From: Oscillospiraceae bacterium
GTDB lineage: Bacteria > Bacillota > Clostridia > Oscillospirales > Oscillospiraceae
NCBI GenBank assembly: GCA_045595865.1
Contig: JAZOBG010000150.1
Location: 1-44,521, forward strand
Reading direction: 5' to 3'
Length of the DNA: 44,521 bases
Shown here: positions 35,890 to 43,925 of the stretch, in pieces
Layout: every line of letters begins with the position of its first letter
Position numbering within the stretch: the stretch's first letter is position 1
Notes under the pieces: model-generated
What the model was told of the DNA's origin: nothing
What the model saw: the letters and a program-made list of their open reading frames with translations, nothing else
The model's database searches: none
Position numbers and translations under genes: made by a program

Positions 35890-36773
35890 GCGAAGCTGTT
35901 GCTGTGAAACTAAACGTAAAAAAGCGCAAAAAGGAAAGCGTGTTTGGTCAGGTGATCAAGCGTCTGGTCAAGAACCCGCTGGCAATGATCGGCGTGTTCG
36001 TGATTTTGCTGATTTTGCTGATCTCCTTTGCGGCCCCTCTGATTGCGCCCTATGATCCGGACGTTCTGGATTATGCTGCGCTTAACGCTAAGCCCAGCGC
36101 ACAGCATATTTTTGGTTGTGACAATCTGGGGCGCGATATTTTCAGCCGTCTGCTGTACGGTGCCAAGTATTCGTTGGCTCTGGGTTTTGTGTCAGCTATG
36201 ATTGGTCTGATCCTTGGCGTGTTCTTCGGTTGTATCGTCGGTTACGCCGGCGGCGCCGTGGATAATATCGCCATGCGAATCTGCGATATCTGGTCTGCGA
36301 TTCCTTCTACTTTGCTGGCCATTCTGGTTTCAACGGCGGTAGGCCCCGGTTTCTTCAATACCATTCTGGCTATGACGGTAGGCTCCATCCCCGGTTCGGT
36401 GCGTAATACCCGTGCCATGGTACTCAAAGAACGTCAGATGGAATATCTGGAGGCAGCAAAGGCCATGAACTGCTCCAAGATGAAGATCATGTTCAAGCAC
36501 ATGATGCCAAACATCATTGCCTTTAAGATCGTCGGTACCGCCGGCAACATTGGCAATACCATCATGCAGGCGGCCAACCTGTCCTTTATTGGTCTTGGTA
36601 TGCCTTCCTCTATCCCTGAGTGGGGTGCTATGTGTGCCAATGCCCGTGGGTTCATTCTGCAGTATCCTCATATGATCATTTTCCCCGCCCTGATGATCAT
36701 GGTCGTCGTTTTGTGTTTCAACCTGCTGGGTGACGGTCTGCGTGACGCGATGGATCCTAAGCTGAAAGACTAA
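35886..36773 (+). CDS. ABC transporter permease (OppC/DppC-like)
   Basis: It has an OppC N-terminal region and six hydrophobic segments. Its start overlaps the upstream stop by 4 nt. Confidence 0.9.
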   Translation: MSEAVAVKLNVKKRKKESVFGQVIKRLVKNPLAMIGVFVILLILLISFAAPLIAPYDPDVLDYAALNAKPSAQHIFGCDNLGRDIFSRLLYGAKYSLALGFVSAMIGLILGVFFGCIVGYAGGAVDNIAMRICDIWSAIPSTLLAILVSTAVGPGFFNTILAMTVGSIPGSVRNTRAMVLKERQMEYLEAAKAMNCSKMKIMFKHMMPNIIAFKIVGTAGNIGNTIMQAANLSFIGLGMPSSIPEWGAMCANARGFILQYPHMIIFPALMIMVVVLCFNLLGDGLRDAMDPKLKD

Positions 36774-36786
36774 GGAGGTATGGAAC

Positions 36787-37761
36787 ATGAGTGAATTTCT
36801 GAATATCAAAGATCTATATGTGGACTATACCTCCGGCGGTCAGCTGGTTAAGGCGGTCAACGGCGTCAGCATTCGGCTGGACAAGGGTGAAACTCTGGGC
36901 CTGGTGGGCGAGACTGGTGCCGGAAAGACCACCATCGCCAAGGCAATTCTGCGTATTCTGCCCGACCCGCCTGCAAAGATCCGAGGTGGCGAGATTCTGC
37001 TGGACGGGCAGAACTTGCTGGATCTGCCCGAAAAGGAGATGCTGAAGATCCGCGGCGGTAAGATCGCCATGATCTTCCAGGATCCCATGACCGCTCTGGA
37101 TCCCACCATGACGGTGGGTGGTCAGATCACCGAAGTGGTGCTGCTGCACAACGATATTCCCCATCATGAGGCAGAAGACCGTGCCTGCGAAATGTTGGAA
37201 ATGGTCGGGATCCCCGCCATGCGTTACGGTGAGTACCCCCACCAGTTCTCCGGCGGCATGAAGCAGCGCGTGGTCATTGCCATGGCGCTGGCCTGTAATC
37301 CGGAGCTGCTGTTGGCTGATGAGCCCACCACAGCGCTGGATGTTACCATTCAAGCTCAGGTTCTGGAGATGATGATGGATCTTAAGCGCAAGCTGAACAC
37401 ATCTATGATCCTGATTACCCACGATTTGGGTGTTGTAGCTGAAACCTGCGACAAGATAGCAGTCATATATGCAGGTCAGATTGTCGAGAGCGGCAGCAAA
37501 GAAGCCGTGTTCCGCAACCCGATCCACCCTTATACCAAGGGTCTGTTTGGCAGTCTGCCCCGTTTGGATGACGACTCCAAGCGTCTGAGTCCTATCCATG
37601 GACTGCCTCCCGATCCCACCAATCTGCCGGAAGGTTGTGCTTTTCACCCCCGCTGTCCCGTTTCTTGCGAGATGTGCTCCTGTGGCACGACTCCGGAAGC
37701 TGTCGAGATAACTCCCGGACATTTCGTACGCTGCATCCTGTGCCGAAAGGAGGGCGAATGA
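36787..37761 (+). CDS. ABC transporter ATP-binding protein (OppD-like)
   Basis: Contains Walker A GETGAGKT, the signature FSGGMKQR, Walker [13 protein letters not shown] and the Cys-rich oligopeptide-type C-terminal domain. Confidence 0.92.
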   Translation: MSEFLNIKDLYVDYTSGGQLVKAVNGVSIRLDKGETLGLVGETGAGKTTIAKAILRILPDPPAKIRGGEILLDGQNLLDLPEKEMLKIRGGKIAMIFQDPMTALDPTMTVGGQITEVVLLHNDIPHHEAEDRACEMLEMVGIPAMRYGEYPHQFSGGMKQRVVIAMALACNPELLLADEPTTALDVTIQAQVLEMMMDLKRKLNTSMILITHDLGVVAETCDKIAVIYAGQIVESGSKEAVFRNPIHPYTKGLFGSLPRLDDDSKRLSPIHGLPPDPTNLPEGCAFHPRCPVSCEMCSCGTTPEAVEITPGHFVRCILCRKEGE

Positions 37762-37762
37762 T

Positions 37763-38710
37763 ATGGCATTGCTGGAAGTCAATCACCTTAAAAAATATTT
37801 TCAGGTCGGCGCCGGTACCAACCATGCCGTGGACGATGTGACCTTCAAAATCGAGAAAGGACGCACCATGGGCGTGGTAGGTGAGTCGGGGTGCGGCAAG
37901 TCTACTCTGGGCCGTACCATCATCCGCCTGCTGGACGCTACTGATGGTCAGGTTCTGCTCAACGGTGAGGACATTACTTACGCAAGGGGCAGGGACCTGC
38001 GCCGTCTGCGCGAGAAGATGAGCATCGTCTTTCAGGATCCCTATTCCTCTCTGAATCCCCGTCAGTGTGTGGAGGATATCATCCGTGAACCGTTGCAGGA
38101 AGCCCGTCGCTTCTCCAAGGCTGAGATCAACGAGCGTGCTGAGTCTCTGATGGAACTGGTTGGCGTGGAAGAGCGTCTGCGCATGGCTTATCCCCACGAG
38201 ATGGACGGCGGCCGCCGTCAGCGCGTGGGCATTGCCCGCGCGTTGGCCCTTAACCCCGAGTTTATCATGTGTGACGAACCGGTCTCGGCGCTGGATGTGT
38301 CTATTCAGGCTCAGGTTCTCAATCTGCTGATGGATCTGCAGGAACAGTTTGGTTTGACTTATATGTTCGTGACTCATGACCTGTCGGTCGTGCGCCACAT
38401 TTCTGACGACATCTGCGTCATGTATCTGGGTCAGCTGGTTGAAACTTGTCCCTCCAAACAGTTGTTTGCGCAGCCGCTGCACCCCTATACCAAGGCATTG
38501 CTGTCTGCCATTCCATCCATCGATCTGGATCATCCCATGCGCCGTGTGGAGCTGAAGGGTGAGATTACTTCGGCAATCAATCCGAAACCAGGCTGTCGCT
38601 TTGCGCCGCGATGCCCTTATGCCTGTGAGCGCTGCCATCAGCCTCAAGTGCTGGAAGAGGTGGAGAGCGGACACTTTGTATCCTGCTGCCGCGTGAAGGA
38701 GATCAATTAA
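37763..38710 (+). CDS. ABC transporter ATP-binding protein (OppF-like)
   Basis: Contains Walker [10 protein letters not shown], Walker [13 protein letters not shown] and the C-terminal [14 protein letters not shown] cluster. Confidence 0.92.
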   Translation: MALLEVNHLKKYFQVGAGTNHAVDDVTFKIEKGRTMGVVGESGCGKSTLGRTIIRLLDATDGQVLLNGEDITYARGRDLRRLREKMSIVFQDPYSSLNPRQCVEDIIREPLQEARRFSKAEINERAESLMELVGVEERLRMAYPHEMDGGRRQRVGIARALALNPEFIMCDEPVSALDVSIQAQVLNLLMDLQEQFGLTYMFVTHDLSVVRHISDDICVMYLGQLVETCPSKQLFAQPLHPYTKALLSAIPSIDLDHPMRRVELKGEITSAINPKPGCRFAPRCPYACERCHQPQVLEEVESGHFVSCCRVKEIN

Positions 38711-38711
38711 T

Positions 38712-39911
38712 ATGTCAAACATTCTGCATGTAACTGCAGTAACCGGAAACTATCCCTGGGGTCAGTTTATTGACCAGGCGATTGTGACCTATGACTGCGT
38801 TTTGAGTGATGGTGTAAAGGCTGATGACTTTTCAGTTGAAGGACGCACCATCACAGGCGTGCAGGTGGATGAAAACAATGCAGTCCTGTTCCTGGGCAAT
38901 ATCCGGGAACAGGCTGCCAGTCTTTTTCCACCAATGCCGTCTCGCCCCAAACCCAAGCCCGGCGAAAAGCCGGCCGGACCGCCCCGTGATATGCCGCCCA
39001 CCAAGCTGCTTCCCGTTCAGGTAACGGTGATGCAGACAGGGGAGATCAAGAGTGCTGTCAGCGAAGTGATCGCACCCGATGGGGTGGCTCATGTGTCCAA
39101 GTATACCAAAGAACCCATCGTGGAGGAGTTTGTTCAGGGTGAGTATGCTGGAATTCCCTATAATCTTTACATTCCAAAGAATATGGATACAGAGAAGGTT
39201 TATCCGCTTGTTATGTTTATCCACGATGCAGGTCCCTGTGGGCCTGACCCAAAGATCACGCTGGCGCAGGGAAATGGTGCAATCAGCTTTGCGGATCCTG
39301 TGTGGCAGGATGGGCATCCCTGCTTCGTTCTAGCTCCTCAGATCGATCGCAGTGTACATCTGACCAACGACGATTTTACCTGCTCTAAAGAGATCTATGA
39401 TATTAAGACCTTGCTGGACTATATTGTGGAAAGTAATCCTATTGATAAGAATCGAATCTATACCACCGGCCAGTCTATGGGGTGTATGGCATCCTGTGAA
39501 CTCAATACCATGTATCCAGATCTTTTTGCCGCTTCACTGCTGGTTGCTGGACAGTGGAGCCCTGAGCGTATGGCCCGGACGTACAAAGGAAATAAGTACT
39601 GGATTTTGGTGTCGGAACATGACGCTAAGGCATTTCCAGGCATGAACGCCGTAACGGATGCCCTGACAGAGGTTGGTGTTGAGGTGGCTAAGTACCGTTG
39701 GGACGGTAAAGCCTCTCCTGAGGAACTGACTGAATTGACCCGCAAAGTTGTTGTTGAGAAACAGGTTAATGTGCGGTATACTGTATTCAACGACTCCACC
39801 GTTGTTCCTGAATGGGAAGAAGACGGACCAGGCAGCAATCACGTCAATACCTGGCCCATAGTTTACGGTGTGGTCGGATTGAAAGAGTGGTTGTTCGCTC
39901 AGAGTAAGTGA
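38712..39911 (+). CDS. Alpha/beta-hydrolase esterase with an N-terminal Ig-like domain (EstA-like / predicted peptidase COG4099-like)
   Basis: The ATG lies 1 nt after the oppF-like stop. An N-terminal ~90-aa beta-rich domain is followed by the Pro-rich linker PPMPSRPKPKPGEKPAGPPRDMPP. Further on are YPLVMFIHDAG and the nucleophile elbow GQSMG. No signal peptide is present. Confidence 0.65.
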   Translation: MSNILHVTAVTGNYPWGQFIDQAIVTYDCVLSDGVKADDFSVEGRTITGVQVDENNAVLFLGNIREQAASLFPPMPSRPKPKPGEKPAGPPRDMPPTKLLPVQVTVMQTGEIKSAVSEVIAPDGVAHVSKYTKEPIVEEFVQGEYAGIPYNLYIPKNMDTEKVYPLVMFIHDAGPCGPDPKITLAQGNGAISFADPVWQDGHPCFVLAPQIDRSVHLTNDDFTCSKEIYDIKTLLDYIVESNPIDKNRIYTTGQSMGCMASCELNTMYPDLFAASLLVAGQWSPERMARTYKGNKYWILVSEHDAKAFPGMNAVTDALTEVGVEVAKYRWDGKASPEELTELTRKVVVEKQVNVRYTVFNDSTVVPEWEEDGPGSNHVNTWPIVYGVVGLKEWLFAQSK

Positions 39912-39925
39912 AAGGTTAATGCTGC

Positions 39926-40624
39926 ATGGGGTTCTTTCGGAAAAAACATGATATCACCGATATATACGGCGTAAAGAGTATGAAGGAGTCTCCTTTTACC
40001 CGAAAGGGAGAAGAGGAGGAACCGGGAAGCAGCCGTCGGCACAGCGATTACTATCATAAGTATTTTCGCGGCTATACGGAGATTCGCAAGCTCAATGAGA
40101 AGGGGCGTGTCAGAGTTGAACGCTACTATGTCAGGCCGTGGATCGTCAGTGGACTTTCTCCGGTAAAATATTGGTTGGTGCGGTTGCTGTATGTTTGCCT
40201 TACTGTCGGCTCTGCAATCCTGTTTTGTATTGGGTTGATGAAGCGCATTCCTTCCAATTACAGCTTGGTTGTTGCTTTGCCAGGATATGCCGGTATACTG
40301 TTTTTGTTTTTGTTGATGGTGTCTGTTTCAGGGTATATTTTTGTGTCGAAGAAAATGACGTTGTGGGATCATACATCCAGCACATCCAAGCTGAAGCGGT
40401 TTGCGTTGCTAACGGGAATCTGTCAGATGCTGACCGCCCTGACAATGATCGGTTATCTGCTGTATAGTAAAGTTTTTGTTTCGGAAACCCTGCGAAGCAT
40501 CATTTTGATTACAGTGGCGGCCGTGTGTTCGGCAGCGATTTTTTTCGTGGAACGCAAAGTGCCTTATACAGAGATTCCCAATGAGACTAAACTCCCTGTT
40601 GGTGAGGCACATGAGATTTGGTGA
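39926..40624 (+). CDS. Hypothetical membrane protein (charged N-terminal ~70 aa, then about four TM helices)
   Basis: A 232-aa ORF with no family recognised. It starts 14 nt after the esterase stop, with AAAGG upstream. Confidence 0.55.
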   Translation: MGFFRKKHDITDIYGVKSMKESPFTRKGEEEEPGSSRRHSDYYHKYFRGYTEIRKLNEKGRVRVERYYVRPWIVSGLSPVKYWLVRLLYVCLTVGSAILFCIGLMKRIPSNYSLVVALPGYAGILFLFLLMVSVSGYIFVSKKMTLWDHTSSTSKLKRFALLTGICQMLTALTMIGYLLYSKVFVSETLRSIILITVAAVCSAAIFFVERKVPYTEIPNETKLPVGEAHEIW

Positions 40625-40649
40625 CCAGAACCTGCAAATAAAAGAATTC

Positions 40650-40676
40650 CCCCGCATGCGGCTATTGCATGCGGGG
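40650..40676 (+). terminator. GC-rich hairpin after the membrane-protein gene (weak terminator, no T-run)
   Basis: A 10-bp stem, CCCCGCATGC/GCATGCGGGG, with a 7-nt loop. Confidence 0.4.
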
Positions 40677-40733
40677 CGCTCAAATATTGCTAAAGCCGAT
40701 GGAAAGATCGTCGAAATATAGGTGATTGTTTTC

Positions 40734-40862
40734 ATGGTCAACGGCGGACAGAAATATATGCCTGACAAAGTTTTTTGTGATAACATTACTTGGAAGGCAC
40801 AAGGTGCTATGTTGAGGCCGGATACTCCAGAAACCTGGGTAGAAAAACGGTTCGTATATTGA
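40734..40862 (+). CDS. Unannotated 42-codon ORF, in frame with the downstream MBL gene and separated from it by a single TGA
   Basis: AGGTGAT (40720-40726) lies 7 nt before the ATG. The peptide is MVNGGQKYMPDKVFCDNITWKAQGAMLRPDTPETWVEKRFVY. It is too short for the supplied ORF track. Confidence 0.3.
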   Translation: MVNGGQKYMPDKVFCDNITWKAQGAMLRPDTPETWVEKRFVY

Positions 40863-40889
40863 ATCAAATGCGGAAAGGTGACGGTTGAT

Positions 40890-41780
40890 ATGATTGATTT
40901 TTCCTGCAAACATAATATTTTGATCAGAAATCCCGATGGGAGCTTTTCCCATATGGATGAGCCGTTTTTTGAAGCGGAATTGATTGCGCCCAATACATGG
41001 AAGATCCTTTCTTCCGGCGATTTTTCCTATCTGGTTGTCGGAGAAAAAGAGGGAATTTCCATTGATACCGGGTATGGTGCGGGTAATCTGAGGGAATATC
41101 TGCAGACTTTGACCGATAAGCCTGTCCGTAATGTGATCAACACGCATCATCACTTTGACCATACAGCTGGCAACGGATATTTTGAAAAGGCTTTGATGCA
41201 TCCTCATGCCTTTGAGTATGCAACCATTCCCTACGCAAGCTTTGATGGAATCGATTTCCCGCGGAATTATGAGTATGTGGCAGTTCATGATGGTGATACT
41301 TATGATTTAGGCGACCGTACGTTGGAATTTTTCTGGATCCCCGACCACACTCCTGACGGCATTGCTATTCTGGACCGAAAGGAGCGCATTTTCTTCATCG
41401 GAGACGAGCTGATGCCCATGCCCATGGGTAAGACTCTGAAGGTGTCTCTGAAGACCTTCTTTGGGTATATGGAAATGTTCATGGCACATCGCCATGAATA
41501 TGACCGAGTGTACAGCGGCGGTGGCCTGTTTGACATTAGCTATATTGAAAAGTATCATGCCTGTGCCAAGACTATTCTTGAGGGAAACTATGGTGTACCC
41601 CATGAGGCCCACCGCGGCGGACCACCTTTGATGCCACCCGGCCCAAACGGGGAGCTGGTTTATGACCGAAAGATGCCACATTTCGGTGATGGCGGTTCCG
41701 GCAAGGATACTCCTACCGGTGACCTGTATGTGTTGGAATATGCCGGTGTGAAGATCGTATATGACAAAAATCTATTGTAA
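40890..41780 (+). CDS. MBL-fold metallo-hydrolase
   Basis: The HHHFDH (HxHxDH) motif follows ISIDTGYG. AAGGTGA lies 8 nt before the ATG at 40890. A GTG at 40878 is also possible. Confidence 0.85.
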   Translation: MIDFSCKHNILIRNPDGSFSHMDEPFFEAELIAPNTWKILSSGDFSYLVVGEKEGISIDTGYGAGNLREYLQTLTDKPVRNVINTHHHFDHTAGNGYFEKALMHPHAFEYATIPYASFDGIDFPRNYEYVAVHDGDTYDLGDRTLEFFWIPDHTPDGIAILDRKERIFFIGDELMPMPMGKTLKVSLKTFFGYMEMFMAHRHEYDRVYSGGGLFDISYIEKYHACAKTILEGNYGVPHEAHRGGPPLMPPGPNGELVYDRKMPHFGDGGSGKDTPTGDLYVLEYAGVKIVYDKNLL

Positions 41781-41786
41781 CATATT

Positions 41787-41820
41787 GTTGCGCGGTATTC
41801 CTCACAGAATGCCGCGCAAC
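41787..41820 (+). terminator. Hairpin after the MBL gene
   Basis: A 14-bp stem, GTTGCGCGGTATTC/GAATGCCGCGCAAC, starts 7 nt after the stop. No T-run follows. Confidence 0.5.
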
Positions 41821-42015
41821 TGCAGATTGTAGTTCGGCATAAAAAATATGAACAGACCTGGCGTAGAGCGCCATGATGACGATACTTAATTTGAATGCTT
41901 CCTCCGTAAAAGACAGCTTTTGTTATCCTGTCTTTTACGGAGGGAGCATTTCAGTTTTCGGAGTTTCAATTTTGAACTCACAAGTATTTGCTTGTGGCTT
42001 ATCAACGGAAGTGTG

Positions 42016-42978
42016 TTAGACTTTTGTCCGCGCAGATGCTACACTTTTTACACTGACGGCTTGTAAAAAGGCGGTTGCCTCTTCCAGAAAGCGAATTTCG
42101 CCGGCGTGAAGATGCTGTCCTTTTTTGTGGCTGATGGCCATTTTTGTCTCAAAGCTGGTCACTTTGATGGGGTAGGTCAGCAATTCTGCTTCGTTCCAAT
42201 CCAGTAGTTGGTCGATATGACTACGTGTCGTCAGCAGACATCCCATGCCGTGCAGACAGGCGTGTTCGTTCAAATCAAAATTCTCCGAATTGAACCCAAA
42301 GGCAGGTGAGATCCGGTATTCGTTGAAGATCAGCGTCAGGCTTTGCACCAACTGTCCGTAGCGGTCCCGCAGGGCAATAAAAGGCATATCCTTCAGTAAA
42401 GAAAGATCCTGCGACTTAATCAACCTTGACTGAATTGTATTCCACCGTTCCGCAAAAACCTGTTCTGCAAGTTCCTGACGGAAGGTGACATGGAACGGGT
42501 CATTCTCCAGAATGATTAGATTTTCAAGGTGAGGACTGAGCGGAAGAGAACTTAAATACAGATCCACGCCGTCCATATTGTGCTCAATATCGGTATGTTG
42601 GCGGCGAACAACGGCTACCTCGTACTCGGGATATTTATCCCGAAACCTTATCAACAGTTCAGGTAAGTATGGCGGTGTCCAGAAAGTTGGAATACCCAGA
42701 GTGATCTTCTTTCTGCGTTTGGTGGTCACATCCCGTATGTCCTCCATCATACCGTTATAGATACGAAGCAGCTCCCGCCCATCACGGTAAAGGCATTCGC
42801 CGGCAACGGTAAGCTCGGAGTTTTTGCCGCGTTTGAGCAGGGGAGCACCAACTTCCTCTTCCATTTTGCGCAGTTGCTCGCTGAGTGCCTGCTGTGAGAT
42901 ATACAATTTTCGTGCCGCGGCGCTGATGCTGCCTTCTTCCACGATGGCAAGGAAATAGTTGATGTTGAAAAAATTCAC
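42016..42978 (-). CDS. LysR-family transcriptional regulator
   Basis: A GTG start at 42978 lies 8 nt after AAAGGAG. The HTH region reads VNFFNINYFLAIVEEGSISAAARKLYISQQALSEQLRKMEEEVGAPLLKR, followed by a LysR substrate-binding domain. The track ORF continues upstream only as antisense of the neighbouring gene. Confidence 0.85.
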   Translation of the reverse strand: MNFFNINYFLAIVEEGSISAAARKLYISQQALSEQLRKMEEEVGAPLLKRGKNSELTVAGECLYRDGRELLRIYNGMMEDIRDVTTKRRKKITLGIPTFWTPPYLPELLIRFRDKYPEYEVAVVRRQHTDIEHNMDGVDLYLSSLPLSPHLENLIILENDPFHVTFRQELAEQVFAERWNTIQSRLIKSQDLSLLKDMPFIALRDRYGQLVQSLTLIFNEYRISPAFGFNSENFDLNEHACLHGMGCLLTTRSHIDQLLDWNEAELLTYPIKVTSFETKMAISHKKGQHLHAGEIRFLEEATAFLQAVSVKSVASARTKV

Positions 42979-42999
42979 AGAAAGCACTCCTTTCTGATT

Positions 43000-43012
43000 T
43001 ATATTTATTATA
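43000..43012. promoter_or_regulatory. Candidate LysR T-N11-A box (TATA-N5-TATA dyad) in the divergent promoter region
   Basis: TATATTTATTATA lies 22 nt upstream of the lysR start. This AT-rich context makes chance occurrence plausible. Confidence 0.25.
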
Positions 43013-43077
43013 TCTATTTGCGGGAAAAACCACAAGCAGAAACTTTGAGAACGATTAAAAAATACGGAGGGATATTT

Positions 43078-43914
43078 ATGATTTATAAAATACCGGAACT
43101 GACCCCGGAAGAAGCAAAGCTCCCCATTGCAAAATACTACACTGATTATCCGCTGCATTATCCGAATCCTCTGTACTCCCAACTGTTGGATCAGGGTGCC
43201 ATGGATCCCAGGGATGCCATTTCGGTGGAAAATTGGTTGGACCTGCTGACTGTAGACAAGTACCATAAGGTGGAATACGGTTATTGTATGATGCCTGAAG
43301 GTTACGGCTATATTGCCAACTATTCGATTTTGCCCGGCAATATTACCCCGGAAATGCGTATGTGGTATGTGCGCTGGCTGAACATTCAGTCCAAGAACCT
43401 GCCTGAGGGCGTTGGTAACATTCGCTATAAAATCTGGAATCAGATGGATCACATTGACCATGGCCTGGTCAACGGCGATATGAAGCAGGGTATTTATACT
43501 CTGGAACGCTTGGATATGGGACGTCTGGAGGAAGAAGTGGCCATCCGCTCCATCCGCCACAACTTTGATGTGCGCGACTACGGTTTTCCAGAGGAAAAAT
43601 ACGATGAACTGCAGAAGGCCGGCGTTGCCATCACTTCCTGCTGGGAAAGCTTTGACTGCCCTGGTTCTCATCTGGTGCTGTCGGTGACCCGCCGCTGTCC
43701 GCTGGGTGGAACCGAGACCTGTTCCCGTGAGTGGATCGGTTATAAGGCGGAAAACGGAAAGATCGTGCGTGATTACGATACGCCTGATTTTATGCTGAAT
43801 GAGCAGTATCTGCGCGACGTGCAGATCCACAACACTGTGGAACAGCAGCATCTGGCAACTTTCCTGCCCGCGTTGTATGAAGAATATAAAAATTTGCCTC
43901 GGGATGCCGATTGA
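43078..43914 (+). CDS. Possible DAPG/phloretin-hydrolase-family C-C hydrolase (assignment by recollection of family features)
   Basis: GGAGGG lies 7 nt before the ATG. The 278-aa protein contains EYGYCMMPEGYGYIANYSILPGNITPEMRMWYVRWL, IRYKIWNQMDHIDHG and a C-terminal H-x3-E (IHNTVE) resembling the zinc-ligand spacing reported for PhlG. Confidence 0.45.
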   Translation: MIYKIPELTPEEAKLPIAKYYTDYPLHYPNPLYSQLLDQGAMDPRDAISVENWLDLLTVDKYHKVEYGYCMMPEGYGYIANYSILPGNITPEMRMWYVRWLNIQSKNLPEGVGNIRYKIWNQMDHIDHGLVNGDMKQGIYTLERLDMGRLEEEVAIRSIRHNFDVRDYGFPEEKYDELQKAGVAITSCWESFDCPGSHLVLSVTRRCPLGGTETCSREWIGYKAENGKIVRDYDTPDFMLNEQYLRDVQIHNTVEQQHLATFLPALYEEYKNLPRDAD

Positions 43915-43925
43915 GGAGGAGCAAA

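Noticed and set aside
36814-38722. Two long minus-strand ORFs (36814-37782 and 37592-38722) opposite the OppD/OppF-like genes.
   Set aside because: Both are codon-aligned antisense frames of ATPase genes that carry clear Walker and signature motifs. Neither translation looks like an independent protein.
40860-40862. The in-frame TGA before the MBL gene read as selenocysteine (U-x-x-C context).
   Set aside because: I found no convincing stem-loop with an apical G/U-containing loop at the expected distance downstream, only a weak AATCAA/TTGATT pairing. The MBL gene has its own good SD and ATG, and MBL domains do not need the extension. I keep this only as a low-probability alternative in the corresponding finding.
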